A DNA stretch of 64,000 nucleotides, from assembly GCF_009914755.1 (NCBI RefSeq), contig NC_060932.1; one strand, 5' to 3'. The notes beneath the pieces were generated by a model that saw nothing but the letters and a program-made list of their open reading frames with translations, was not told the origin of the DNA and searched no databases. Shown here one piece after another: positions 27,226-39,170 of the stretch (positions within the stretch are counted from its first letter, which is position 1; the number at the start of each line of letters is the position of its first letter). The translations under genes and the position numbers were made by a program. This DNA comes from the human T2T-CHM13v2.0 reference genome, Homo sapiens.

Positions 27226-28554
27226 CAAGAACATGAGGAGGGGGCTCTGCCCAAAGGGACTGTGTCTGCGTCTCCTTTGGCCCGTTCCTACCTCCCAGTC
27301 CTACTCATTACAGGCATGCATGGGCAAAAACTGCACGCAGTTCACAGAGTAAAAGATGTCTCCAAGTGCGCACTCACAAATGTCATCAACATGAATACAA
27401 AAATGTTGAGAGTTTTGCTCTTTGGGCTTGATTACATTGACCATGTACATCTCTGTTGAGGTTATGTTACATATTGCAGGGAAAAAAAATTTCACAAAGA
27501 GGTGTTGGCTTTACAGTCAATTAATGCAAGCAAGGGTGTCGTCTTTATGGTCAATTAATGCAAGACACCTTTGTGGAGGTGGAAATGGATGAAATATTTT
27601 TTCTTTTCTTCTCAACAAAATTTTTTAGCTGAGTCGAGGCTCTCCAGACCTGATATATTATATCTTCTAATGGATTTATTATTATATTCATTGTGCTTAT
27701 TAAAGGCCGGTGGACATTTGTGTCACTATAACTAATATATCCAAACCTTTGTCTAAGTACATTGACATTCTGCTGCTTTTAATAAATAAATTGTGATACT
27801 TTATCATGTTTGGTCAGAGTCTGTTCATCTCAATTGGATATATTTCTTAGCATCTAAAATGTTTTGATATTATTCTTTCATTGATATTACCAGAAAGTGT
27901 CAGTAGAATATTTGCACTAAAGTGCATTATATTTGCTACTTAGCTGACAGTAACTATTCAGTTGATTGTCAGAAGCACTTCAATTTTAGAGAAGCTAAAA
28001 TATAAAATGGTTTATTCCTCGGGGTAAACAAAAGCTGTTATTAATATAAAATTATGTGTGAGTGTATGAACTAATAAATGTAGGATTTTTTAATTCAGAA
28101 GGAATGAAATTAAATATTTAGACAATCATCATTTGCAACAATCAATTAAATGACTAATTCAGGCAAGAATCAATAAAATGTATTAAAATCACTAGTGATA
28201 GCTATTAAACAGAATATTGGCAAGGTTCCCAGCAGAAGTTTCCACATAATCACAAAGAAGATGACCTTTACAGTGAATCTCTCTGGTGGGCACCAGTTTA
28301 GGACAATGATCCAATTCAGCTTTAAGAAGAGTGGGTCAACATGAAGGTATATATTTCATGATTCAGTGTGAAATACTCAACATTATTTATGCCGTATTTC
28401 TACCAAGACTAACTTACAGGAAATAAAATATAGAGAAACAATTCAAGTATACTATGAAGAAACATTTAGAAAAACTTAGAATGTTCTGTAAGACAGAGAA
28501 CCTAGTCTCTTCATATTCACCATGAAAAGACAAAGGAGATGTTTTGTTTTTTGA

Positions 28555-29069
28555 AACAATTATTTTTTAAATTGACATGTAATAATTTTATAATTTATCA
28601 GGTATGATATGATGTTTCAATACATGTGTATATTGTGCAATGACCAGATCAGGATAATCTGCATATCCATCACTTCAAATGTTTATCACTTCTTAATAGT
28701 AAGAACATATAAAATTCTCTCTTCTAGCTGTTTTGAAATATATATAATACATTATTGTTAACTCTAGTCCCCCTACTGTGCAGTAGGACACCAGAACTTA
28801 AGCTTTATATGTCACTCTAACTTTGTACGCTTTGACCAGTCTTTCCCTATGCCTCCACCTCACCACATTTCCCAGCCTCTGGTAATAACTATTCTACTCA
28901 CTACTTCTATGGGATCACCTTTTTGGATTCCACATTTGAGTGAGACCATGTGGTATGTGTCTTTCTGTGCCTGGCTGATTTCACTTGGCCTAATGTCCTC
29001 TAGGTTCATTCACGCTGTCACAAATGACAGGATTTCATTCTTTCTTATGGTTGAATAGTATTCTGTTTT

Positions 29070-29132
<63 letters not shown>

Positions 29133-29345
29133 CTTTATACATTTATCTCTTGATGGACACTTAGGTTGATTCCATACCATGGCTATAGTGAATAGTGCCA
29201 CAAAAAAAATGGGAGTGCAGAATCTCTTTTGCATACGAATTTCATTTTCTTTGGATAATACCCATAGTGAGACTGATGTGTCATTTTGTAGTTCCAGTTT
29301 TATTTTTTTGAGGAAACTTCATATAGTTTTTCATAATGGCTGTAC
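28555..29345 (-). mobile_element. L1MA 3' fragment containing a (TA)n microsatellite
   Basis: Antisense L1MA 3'UTR; (TA)n at about 29073-29122. Confidence 0.85.
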
Positions 29346-30857
29346 GTGAGATTTTTAATTAAAAGAAAATAATTAAATGTAAGGTATAAGGTTCCTATTT
29401 TTAAGAATAATCTCTAAGAACTATTTCAGAATAATTAGGGAAATTGGAATATAGACTAGATATTAGACACCTTTAGAAAATAATTAATTAACTTAGATGT
29501 GAAATGGTACTAAGATTATACGGGAAAATGTCCTCAACTGGGGGAAATGATTGCTAATATATTAAGACTGAAATGTCATAGGGCTGCAATTCATTTTTAA
29601 ATGATTTAGCAAAGATAACAAAAACACATATCTATAGATAAGTACATGAAATATTGCAAAATGTTAGTAATTATTGAATCAGGAGTAAGTATATAGGTGT
29701 TTATTGTACTATTCTTTCAAATTTTCAACTTTGAAAAATTTATAATACAAAGTTAAGAGGAAAGTAAATACTCAGATAATGACTGTTGATTCAAGAACAT
29801 CTTATGAATCAATAAGCAACTTTTAAATGTCCAGAAAAATCCTGCCCCAAAGTGATGTGACTTAATAGAGTTATCGACCTAAGCAATATAAAGTCATTGA
29901 GCCAAGAGGATCTGGACAACTTCTCTTTTGGTGGCATTATAGGATAAACGAGCAAATGAATAAGACCCATTCTGACATGACAGCTCCCCATGAATCACAG
30001 CTCAGCTTGATATATCTCCATCTGATGTAGCCTCCTTGGTAAGAGGAGCCTATGGGAAGCTGGCTTTGCTCTGAAGACAGAAATGTGAATATGGGGAAGG
30101 GTATGGTAGAATGGCTTCAGGTTGGAAATAGGCTGAGCTGGTGCATTTCATGTTATAGATGTATCTTAGGATAGAACTCAAGACTCCTTGTCCAGAAAAG
30201 AGGTGAGACCTTGTGCAGTAGACCTCAATCCAGGAGGAACAATAATCACTGTGTTCTCTCTCAGCCACATAAATCAGGAGAAAAAGCCAACCCAGACATA
30301 AAGGAGTCTTTCTAGCAAGAGATGATGGGGGGGATGATCACCAGTTAAGTCTATTCATTGTTTATCCTATACCCATTACATGAATTTTTTAAAAAAACTA
30401 TCTAATATTTAAAAGGTATTTACTTTCATTAAACCAAGCATGTGTGTTAGAAATAAGATAGAAGGGGCTGTAAATTATTGGTGTTGGCCCACAGAAATGA
30501 TTTTGCAGAAGAAAGACACATAAATCTTCTTCGACTAGGCACAGGATCACAGGAACTTATAACCTTTGTGGGCAATCAGTGGAGGTGGAAACAAAACATT
30601 GTAGGCAGGGGTATCAGGATTTCTATGAAAGCAGAGTTTTTGTTTTCAGTGGTTTGGAGTGGATGAGGTGGGAAGATGTGGAGAAATGAGCCTGCTTGGG
30701 CCAGATCACACAGGACTTTGCACGTGTACAAATATAATAGTTCTTACACTGAAATCTTTGCATTTTCAATGAGAATTTCTGTAACTTGGTGTTTTAATGT
30801 TTATGGTAATCTAGAAAATGGGCATAAATATATTTGGAAACTTTTAGATGACTATCT

Positions 30858-31275
30858 GTATTAGTTACCATAGATTATTTGCCATAACAAGTAAGCTGTA
30901 AAATCTACAATGGTTCAAATGCAATAGAAGGATATTTCTTTATCATATAACAGCATTGGGTAGATGGACAGGTTGGAAGGACAAGCTTTCTCCATGCAGA
31001 CATTCAGGGAACCAGGCTGTCAGAAGCTCTGTTAACTTTAGAAAGTTTATTCCAAGGTTTCCCTGAGTGCCTCTCCATTCCAGGGAAATAAAGAGCCCTG
31101 AGGATATCATATGAGAGGTATTTATGGTGGGTTCGGAAATAATGCACATCACTTCTCATATCCCATTGGCTAGAATTCAAACCCATGGCTATGTACTGGC
31201 TAACTGCAAGGGAGGATGGGAAATGTTGCCTGGCTGTGTGCTAATGGACAGGAGAAGAACTTGGATTTTGATAGC
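30858..31275 (-). mobile_element. Old MaLR LTR (MLT1J/K-like)
   Basis: 'tgtattagtt...catcacttct...ccattggctagaa...ctaactgcaagggaggatgggaaatg'. Confidence 0.65.
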
Positions 31276-31704
31276 TTCTATATTACTTATAATTGTGTAC
31301 AAATATTTACATTTATTGCCCTTGTTTACTTTTATGTTTATGAGCTTACTTGTTCAATGTCCCTCAACTGAAAGTGCATCTCAAAATGAGATTTATGAAT
31401 TTGTACATTTGAGTTCTGTGTTCACTCTCAGCCACATATTATATGAAGTGAAAACAAGCATCTTCATGAAAGGGGTTGGTTGAAACCTTACTCAGAATTT
31501 TCTAAGATGAATCACAACCTGGCTTTGCCTACTCCTGGCACCAGCATTGTGGGTGAAAGGGAATGACAGAAAGGGAAATGACAGATCACTAAAAGTTCAT
31601 TTTCCAGAAATAATCACTTTTTACTTGGGTTGGGAGATGTGCATGGATCTTCAGCTTGTTCACCTGCTTTGTTTTAAATATAAATAATAACACTACCTTG
31701 CAGT

Positions 31705-32178
31705 TGTAGGGGTTCAGTCAGTATGGTGGGAAAAATTGTAAAATAAACCTTGGAAGGCCAGAAGGTTTTTGCAAAAGCCTCATGATAGAGTTATGGCTGA
31801 AGGCAGCCTAATCCTCCTTGAGCTATAGCAAGGGTAATTAACATAAGAATGTAGAGGAGTCTATCTAAATAGCTTGTTTACTCATGTGGTCCTAAGACTA
31901 ACCTTTGACCATCCCTGGGTGCATGATTGCTCTCTACTCAGGGTGTCGTAATGGTAATTACCTTCTAGTGGTGTTTACTTGAGATATTTGTCATTTAATG
32001 TGTGCTGAATAAATGCCGGGAAGGCCAGTGAGTCGGGACGTGGTTGCTGCTCTTTACAGTACTCTCCTGGTAGTCTGTAAGTGGCCCGACTCTCAGCTGG
32101 ACTGACAAGCATAATATCTGTGTCAGTGTACGTTATTCATCTGTTGTTGGGTCAGGGTCTGTGGGACGGATCCCTGCA
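31705..32178 (+). repeat. LTR22-type 5' LTR
   Basis: TG...CA termini, AATAAA near 32008, direct repeat of 41724-42202. Confidence 0.9.
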
Positions 32179-32180
32179 GC

Positions 32181-32198
32181 TAGTGCCCCATGTGAGGA
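32181..32198 (+). other. Primer-binding site for elongator tRNA-Met
   Basis: tagtgccccatgtgagga matches TGGTGCCCCGTGTGAGGA (complement of the tRNA-Met 3' end) at 16/18; Met priming is the described HML-5 PBS. Confidence 0.85.
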
Positions 32199-32337
32199 AC
32201 ACAGCAAAGGAAGCACGACGGACCCCCCCAAAAACAGAGGTGAAAAGGACTGCGTGGTCAGTGAGTAATCAGTAAGTCATTGGTGCCCACTCAGGATCTC
32301 CAAGTCTGGGGGGAATTGTTCAGGCTGAGGTTTCATC

Positions 32338-32917
32338 ATGGGGCAACAGTTATCAGCTCAATGGAAACAATATATAAAAGTGTTGAAACAGTTGCTTAAA
32401 GCTAGTGGAGCCTCAGTTTCGCAGGCTTAATTAAGGGACCTACTGCAAATTGTTGTAAACCATAATCCATGGTTCTCAAAAGAAGGAATGATGACATAGA
32501 GCTCTGGGAACAAGTTGGGAGAAATCTTACACAACATTATGCACAAGGGCAACAGGTCCCAGTAACAGCTCTAACACTATGGGCTTTAATTAAGGTGGCC
32601 CTGGCTCCATTATGCACAGAAAAGCCTAAAAAGGGAAAGGAGGAGGAACCACCACTTGCCTTACTGCCTCCTCTTCCCTCAGCCCAGATATCACTGGGCC
32701 AAAATAACAAAGAGGAAACAGAAGTTTTGCCTGAGCCCCCTCATCCAATAAGTAGGAAAAAAGACAAGAAACATGCTCCAGCTATAAAACCTTGTCTTAA
32801 GCAAGCGGCATCAACAGGGGAGCTCTTAGCCTGCCTGGTAATGCAAGATTGGCAGGACAATCAAGTATACAAACCCATTTCTTTTAATGCTTATAAAACG
32901 ATGAGAAAAAGCATTAG
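32338..32917 (+). pseudogene. gag: HML-5 gag N-terminal remnant (matrix to start of capsid)
   Basis: ATG GGG CAA = MGQQLS myristoylation start; 'IELWEQVGRNL...LTLWALIKVALAPL' is betaretroviral MA-like; stops and frameshifts. Confidence 0.8.
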
Positions 32918-33354
32918 AGGCCTGAGCAACGTGGTCAAGTGAGCAGTAAGCAAAAGGGAAAGCTCAGCAGCAGGGAAGCTTGCAAACCCCGAGCCAGCAA
33001 ATGCTCCTGGGAACTTGGCCTTCATGGTGGTGGCAGGGGCAACAGGGAGCCAGTTCCAGGGTGCTGGAGCTGGCCTGCTAGGGAGGGGCTGGAGGTGCTG
33101 GCAAAAAGGTCCACCCAGCTGGCAGCAACCACCCAGCAGTTGGGGGAGGGAGTGGCACAGAAAGAAGCCAGCACCAACAAAAAGCAGCAGCGCCTAAGCA
33201 AATGCAAAGCAGCTGCCACCCTGGGACCCACCTGCTCAGCTCTCCAGCTCCTCAGTGGCTCACAGCAAAATTTCATGTCTTCCTTGTATACAAGATACAT
33301 ACTAAATTATAATTATCTGCACCATTTAAGTAAAATTTAAGAATTTAAAAGACC

Positions 33355-35710
33355 TCTGATAATGGCCACTGTTGTTATCTCTCTCCTACCCTCTCCAACA
33401 TGACTCTCTCCAAATCCAACTTAAGTAAAAGAGTAACCTCTCAAAGGAGAGAAATTACAGAAAGCCCATAATTGTGGCAATTCCTCAAGATTGGCCTATA
33501 ATCATTACTGCCTTAAAAGACTGGTTTTATACTATTCTCCTAGCAGAAGAAGACAGAGAAAATTTTGCCTTTACAATACTAGCTATCAATAATGAAAAGC
33601 CAGCTTGTCAATTTCATTGGAAAGTGCTCCCTCAAGGCATGCTGAATAGTCCTACCATGTGTCAGTATCTTGTAAATCAAGCTTTGCTCCCCAGTAGAAA
33701 AGAATTTCCTGATTGCAAGATTATTCATTTTATGGATGATATTCTACTAGTAGCCCCAACAGAGCCAATACTTTTAAATTTATACACCCCTGTCATAAAG
33801 AATACACAGCTAAAAGGTTTAATCATTGTACCTGAGAAAGTACAAATGTCTTCTCCTTAGAGATATCTTGGGTACATACTAACTTCCCAGTCAGTAAGAC
33901 CTCAAAAGGTTAAATTAAATACTAGCAACTTACACACCTTAAATGATTATCAGAAATTACTAGGTGATATTACTTGGCTCTGCCTCACTTTAGGCATATC
34001 TACTGATAAGCCGTAAAATCTGTTTTCTATCTTAAAGGGCAATACAGCCCTGGATTCTCCCAGATATTTAACCCCTGTGGCAAAAAGGAAATTGAGGAAA
34101 TAGAGCAAGCCATCTCTCAGAGGCAGCTAAATCGCATTGATCCACGGTATTCAATTCAATTGTTTTTTTTTTTTTTTTTTCCCACCAAACAGTCCCCTAC
34201 AGGATTAATAGGACACATGGCCCCCAGGCTACGCTTCCTAGAATGGGCTTTTTGCTCACATGCTGGGACTAAAACACTAACTCCCTATATTCAGTTAATT
34301 ACTAAAGTCATCTATTCAGGCCACAAACGATGCAATCAGTTTATAGATTATGACCCTGATGTCATCAGGATTCCTTTAAGTAAAAAGCAATTCGAAGCAG
34401 TATTGCCAGTATCTATCAATCTGCAAATAGCTTTCTCTGATACACAGGACAAATAGAGCATGTCCTCCCTGCTGATAAACTCCTTCATTTCTTATCCTAT
34501 CTCATACTCCAATAATCTTGCCCACAAAAAATAGTTCACTCCCCCATACCTAATGCTTTAACACTGTTTGCTGATGGTTCTGGTAAACATGGAAAAGGGC
34601 AGTCTGCTGGAGACCACATAATTCAATCACTTGATCTGGGTTTACTAGCACTCAGAGAGCTGAGACTGGGGCCCTGATATTGGCCTTGGAAGCTTTTTTC
34701 ACTCTGCCCATAAATATTGTGATTGAATTGGCTTACTCTGTTTATTTATTGCAGAACCTTGAAACAGCCTTAATTAAGTCTACTCTGGAGTCCACCCTGT
34801 GTGCTCTTTTTCTTCGACTTCAGTAATTGCTAGATCAACATATACATCCTATTTTTATCACACACACTGGAGCCCACAGCTCTCTGCCTGGCCCATTGGC
34901 TTATGGCAATGAACAAGCAGACCTTCAGGTTATGACATCACTGCTTGACCAAGCCACTCAATCGCATCAATTTTTCCACCAAAACTGCAGAAACTTATCT
35001 AAACAATTTCGACTTACCCAGAGACTGGCTAAACAAATTATCCTACAATGCCCAGATTGCCAGCTCACAGGCACATCCCCTCCTTCCATAGGTGTTATCC
35101 CTAGAGGACCAGAACCTAATCAGTTATGACAAACAGATGTTACACACATCCCTAAATTTAGAAAACTTAGGTATATACATGTATCCATTAATATCAATTC
35201 TCACTTAATTAGTGCCCATGCTTTGCCTGGAGAATCAACCCGATAAGTCATTAAACATCTTTTAACTTTTGCATTTATGGGGCGGGCCACAAAAATTAAA
35301 ACTGATAATGATCCAGCTTATGCCAGCTCACAATTTCAATAATTTTGTCACACATAGCATATCCAACATTCCACAGGCACCCTATATAACCCCCAAGGAC
35401 AGGCCATAGTAGAACATGCCCACTCCACCCTTAAAAATATGCTCAAAAACCAGAAAAGGGGGAGTATGGGTAAAGACCCTGCAACACTATTGGCACAAGC
35501 CTTTTTTACCCTTAATTTTTTAAATTTAGATGACAAATTTCAATCATCTTTAGAAAAGCACTTTGCTAAAACCTCTGAAGGCATAAAACCTACACCCCCT
35601 TAGGTCCTCTTTGGATTCCAGCATGATGCATCAAACCATACCATGGCATGGCTGGGACCCAACCCAGTACCAGAGATGAAGGAACTGACCCTACAGGACC
35701 TGCAGGCCCA
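33355..35710 (+). pseudogene. pol: HML-5 pol remnant (RT, RNase H, integrase), disrupted
   Basis: 'WKVLPQGMLNSPTMCQ', 'IIHFMDDILL' (YxDD box), RNase H 'FADGS' and 'AHSSLPGPLAYGNEQAD', IN zinc finger 'SHQFFHQN...CPDC', 'IKTDN', 'YNPQGQAIVE'. Confidence 0.92.
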
Positions 35711-35714
35711 GACA

Positions 35715-37612
35715 ATGTGGCTTCCATGGATGACACAAGCCCCAGACATTACCTGGGGGATGCTGAAGAGGTCAACTCAGGAGGCTGAACAAATCCTGCT
35801 CTGGACACAGACACCATTTACTCCATATAATTTGTTCTTTGCTATGCTTTCTGTTGTACATTGCAACCCATGTAGGGTATTGATCCTTTTTATGCTCTTG
35901 CTTTGTCTGCAACTGTACCTGCTACACTCTACTGGGCTCATATCTTAGATCTGCCTTTCTTTCACACTGTCACCTGGGCAGACACCCCTTTCCCAGCCTA
36001 TAATAATGTAACTGCTTGGCTGGGAGGGATAGATTTACCCCCAGTGGGGTCTGTCATTAATGGCACACATTGGATTAACGTGCCAGGTAACACTGCATAT
36101 CAATTCACTATCCTCCCACTGTGTGTAATTTATAAAGGTTCTAACCCTTACTGTGTATCTTCCCAAACACAATTATGGCTACATCATGGCAAAGGAAATG
36201 ACTTAACAGCCTTAGCTGCATGTAGCCTCAAACCAGGTAATGCAATCAATGCCGCTTTCCCAAACAATCATTCCTGTGCCAAAGAACAAAGCCTGGGAAG
36301 TAACAGGTTTCACGTTAGCTGGGAGGTCTGTCACAGGGGACAAGCCCATAGCCTCCAGTTAGACAATTATAACATCTTAGACTAGAGCCTGCATGGCCAT
36401 TTGCAGGGCAGCCTTACTAATGTCCTCATCCGTCGTGGCATCAATCACAGTTTTGTAGCCACATCCCGTTCCCCTATGATTTGGGCCAATGGGGGGATGG
36501 GATATCCCAAACCCAAAGTAAAATCCATGCCACTTGAAGATGCCTAGGTGCCTAGGACATCTTGGCACCTCCCTTGACACGTGGCATGGGACATATCATA
36601 ATTCCACTAACAACTATACTATAACCATTATTCATAATCACACGGATCAGTGCCTAATTTGCACTACCCATCCGTATGTTTTCCTTATGGGAACCAATAT
36701 TTCTATTTCACCCCAAAACTCTGCCTTTGTGACACAGGTGCAGTGACAGGCTTGGTTTGCCTCATGTATCACTAATTACAATATATCTGATCTAAATATT
36801 ACTAGTGTCATGGTATTAAGGAGAAAATCTGAGGCATTCCTATCAGTCAATTTGACATGTGATTGGCAAGGTTCCTCTGCCCTTGCCACCTAAGAACGTG
36901 CCCTGTCCCAGGTCAGACATAAAAGATTCATAGTTACACTTATGGCCTTTATAGTCTCAGCCATAGTCATCCTGACAACGGCTAGTGTTGCTGTTGCACC
37001 TACTACTGAGTCAGTACAAACAGCTGCCTTTGTAGATAATCTGGTCAAAAATGTGTCTAAATGGGAAAGAGGGCATGCATGTGTTCACACCCTCTTAGGT
37101 CCTCTTTGGATTCCAGCATGACACATCAAACCATACCATGGTGTGTCTGGGACCCAACCCGGTACCAGAGATGAAGGAACTGACCCTACAGGACAAGCAG
37201 GGACCTACAAATGCCGTAGATAGATAGCAGGGTATAGATCAAAAAATTCTTGCACGTCTGCAAGCTCTCGAGGCTGCTTTGGAATATGCTGGGGAGCGAC
37301 AAGATGCACTGGCATTCTGACAGCAATTAAACTGCAACTGGGAGCATAAACATATCTGTGTCACTTCTCTACCATGGAATCAATCAATACATAATCAGGA
37401 TGACGTGAAACAACACCTCTAGGAAAACTTCCATGACAATTTAACAGCAGATGTAAAGCAACTTAAAACTAAAATTTTAGAATCCCTTCACACTATAGAT
37501 CTACACACCCAAAAAACAGCCATATGGAAGGGTGTGCAAGATCATCTCTCCTGGTTAGATCCCTACTCCTGGCGGGGGGGGTCATTCTTTGACTGGAAAA
37601 AATGTTGCTAAT
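35715..37612 (+). pseudogene. env: HML-5 env remnant (leader, SU, TM ectodomain)
   Basis: 'DITWGMLK' leader, 'YWAHILD' SU start, furin-like 'RHKR/FIVTL' fusion peptide, 'QGIDQKILARL', 'CNWEHKHICVTSLPWN'; stops present. Confidence 0.85.
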
Positions 37613-37887
37613 TGTTGGAGGTTGCACAAATGTTCCTTATGATTAGGCATAATTGAAGCCTGTCAGTAACAATATGAACCTGTGATCAATTAAGCAACTG
37701 GCCAATCATTACCTCCTCCTGCCTACTCATTCTACCTAATAAATACAAAGGGCTGTAGAAGCTCAGGGGCTGCCTTTGCTCTCTAGAAGCAGGGAGCTCT
37801 CTTCTTCTCCCCATGTTAACTTTTCTTTAAAACGGTTTCTTTTTTCCTTGGTTTTCATTTCTAAGTTCATCCATTCTTTAGTCATAA

Positions 37888-38362
37888 TGAGAGAAGAGAG
37901 ACAGATGCTCTCATATGGTTTTATATTGTTTTATACTCAGAAAAGAAAAGCAAAACAAAAGGCATGCAGCCCGGTGCCTAGGAACCAGACCCAAAACCAG
38001 GCCTGGGCCTGCCTGACCTAAGCCTGGTAGTTAAAGATCGACCCCTGACCTAACCGGTTATGTTATCTATAGATTCCAGATATTGTATAGAAAAGACATT
38101 GTGAAACTTCCTGGCCTGTTCTGTTTCACTGTGACCACTGGTGCATGCAGCCCTTGTCACGTACCTCCTGCTTGCTCAATCGATCATGACCCTCTCATGT
38201 GGACCCCCTTAGAGTTGTGAGCCCTTAAAAGGGACAGGAATTGCTCACTCAGGGAGCTCAGCTCTTGAGACAGAAGTCTTGCTCAATGCTCCTGGCTGAA
38301 TAAACCATTTCCTTCTTTAACTCAGTGTCTGAGGAGTTTTGTCTGCGGCTCGTCCTGCTACA
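37888..38362 (+). mobile_element. LTR2-family (LTR2B/C-like) 5' LTR of HERV-E/Harlequin
   Basis: TGAGAGAAGAGAGACAGA start, 'gtctgcggctcgtcctgctaca' end, AATAAA at 38299-38304. Confidence 0.85.
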
Positions 38363-38367
38363 TTTCT

Positions 38368-38385
38368 TGGTTCCCTGACCGGGAA
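38368..38385 (+). other. Primer-binding site for tRNA-Glu
   Basis: TGGTTCCCTGACCGGGAA, 18/18 complement of the tRNA-Glu 3' end; defines HERV-E. Confidence 0.93.
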
Positions 38386-39170
38386 GCGAGGTGATTGGCA
38401 GATGGTCGAGGCAGCTCCTTAGGCGGCTAAAGCCTGCCCTGTGGAACATCCCTGCAGGGGACTCTGACCAGCCTGAGCGACGTGGATCCTGAGAGCGCTT
38501 CTGGGTAGGCATTTGCCCCAGTGGGATGCCTCACCAGAGCAGTGTGTGGAAGGCCCCCATGGAGTCTCAACACGGTGGCTGAACACCGGGAAGGAACTGG
38601 TATTTGGAGTCCGGACATCTGAAACTTGGTAAGACTAGTCTTTAGAACTTGCCTACTCTGAGTGGAAGCATGGCCTGATCAACCACAGCATGCCTTTATC
38701 AGCACTTTGGTTTGGTTTTGGTTTTAGTTTTGACTTGGTTTGAATTGCTTGACAGGACTGGTCTTGGAACTTGCCCACTCCATTTGAGTGGAAGTGTGGC
38801 CTGATCACCCATGGCGTGCCTTTATCAGCACTTTGGTTTTGGTTTTGATTTTGACTTGGTTTGAATTGCTTGACAGGACTGGTCTTGGGAACTTGCCCAC
38901 TCCATTTGAGTGTAAGCATGGCCTGATCACCCATGGTATGACTGTACCGGCACTTTGGTTTTTGTTTTTGACTTGACTTGGATTGCTTAATACTTTGGTT
39001 TTGGTTTTGACCTGGCTTGGATTTCTGGATACTCTGATTTTGGTTTTGATTTTGGTTTGGTGTAAACTGCAAAAGTGTGTGTGTGCCCTTTTTATCCGTT
39101 CTTTGTTTTGTGGTGTGCGTGTGGTGTGAGCGTGATGTTTTGTCTTAAAGAAGCATAGGTCAGGCACAAA
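38386..39170 (+). mobile_element. HERV-E/Harlequin leader up to a mutated gag start
   Basis: Splice donor 'ttg/GTAAGA' at 38629, about 122-bp tandem repeats, ends 'ata ggt cag gca caa' (degenerate MGQAQ). Confidence 0.75.

Noticed and set aside
33474-36746. Possible intact or domesticated retroviral proteins (RT 128 aa, IN 100 aa, Env 160 aa)
   Set aside because: All are fragments bounded by stops or frameshifts, with non-ATG starts; no full domain is open.
32181-38385. tRNA-like 18-mers at 32181 and 38368
   Set aside because: Retroviral primer-binding sites, not tRNA genes; no cloverleaf or A/B boxes.
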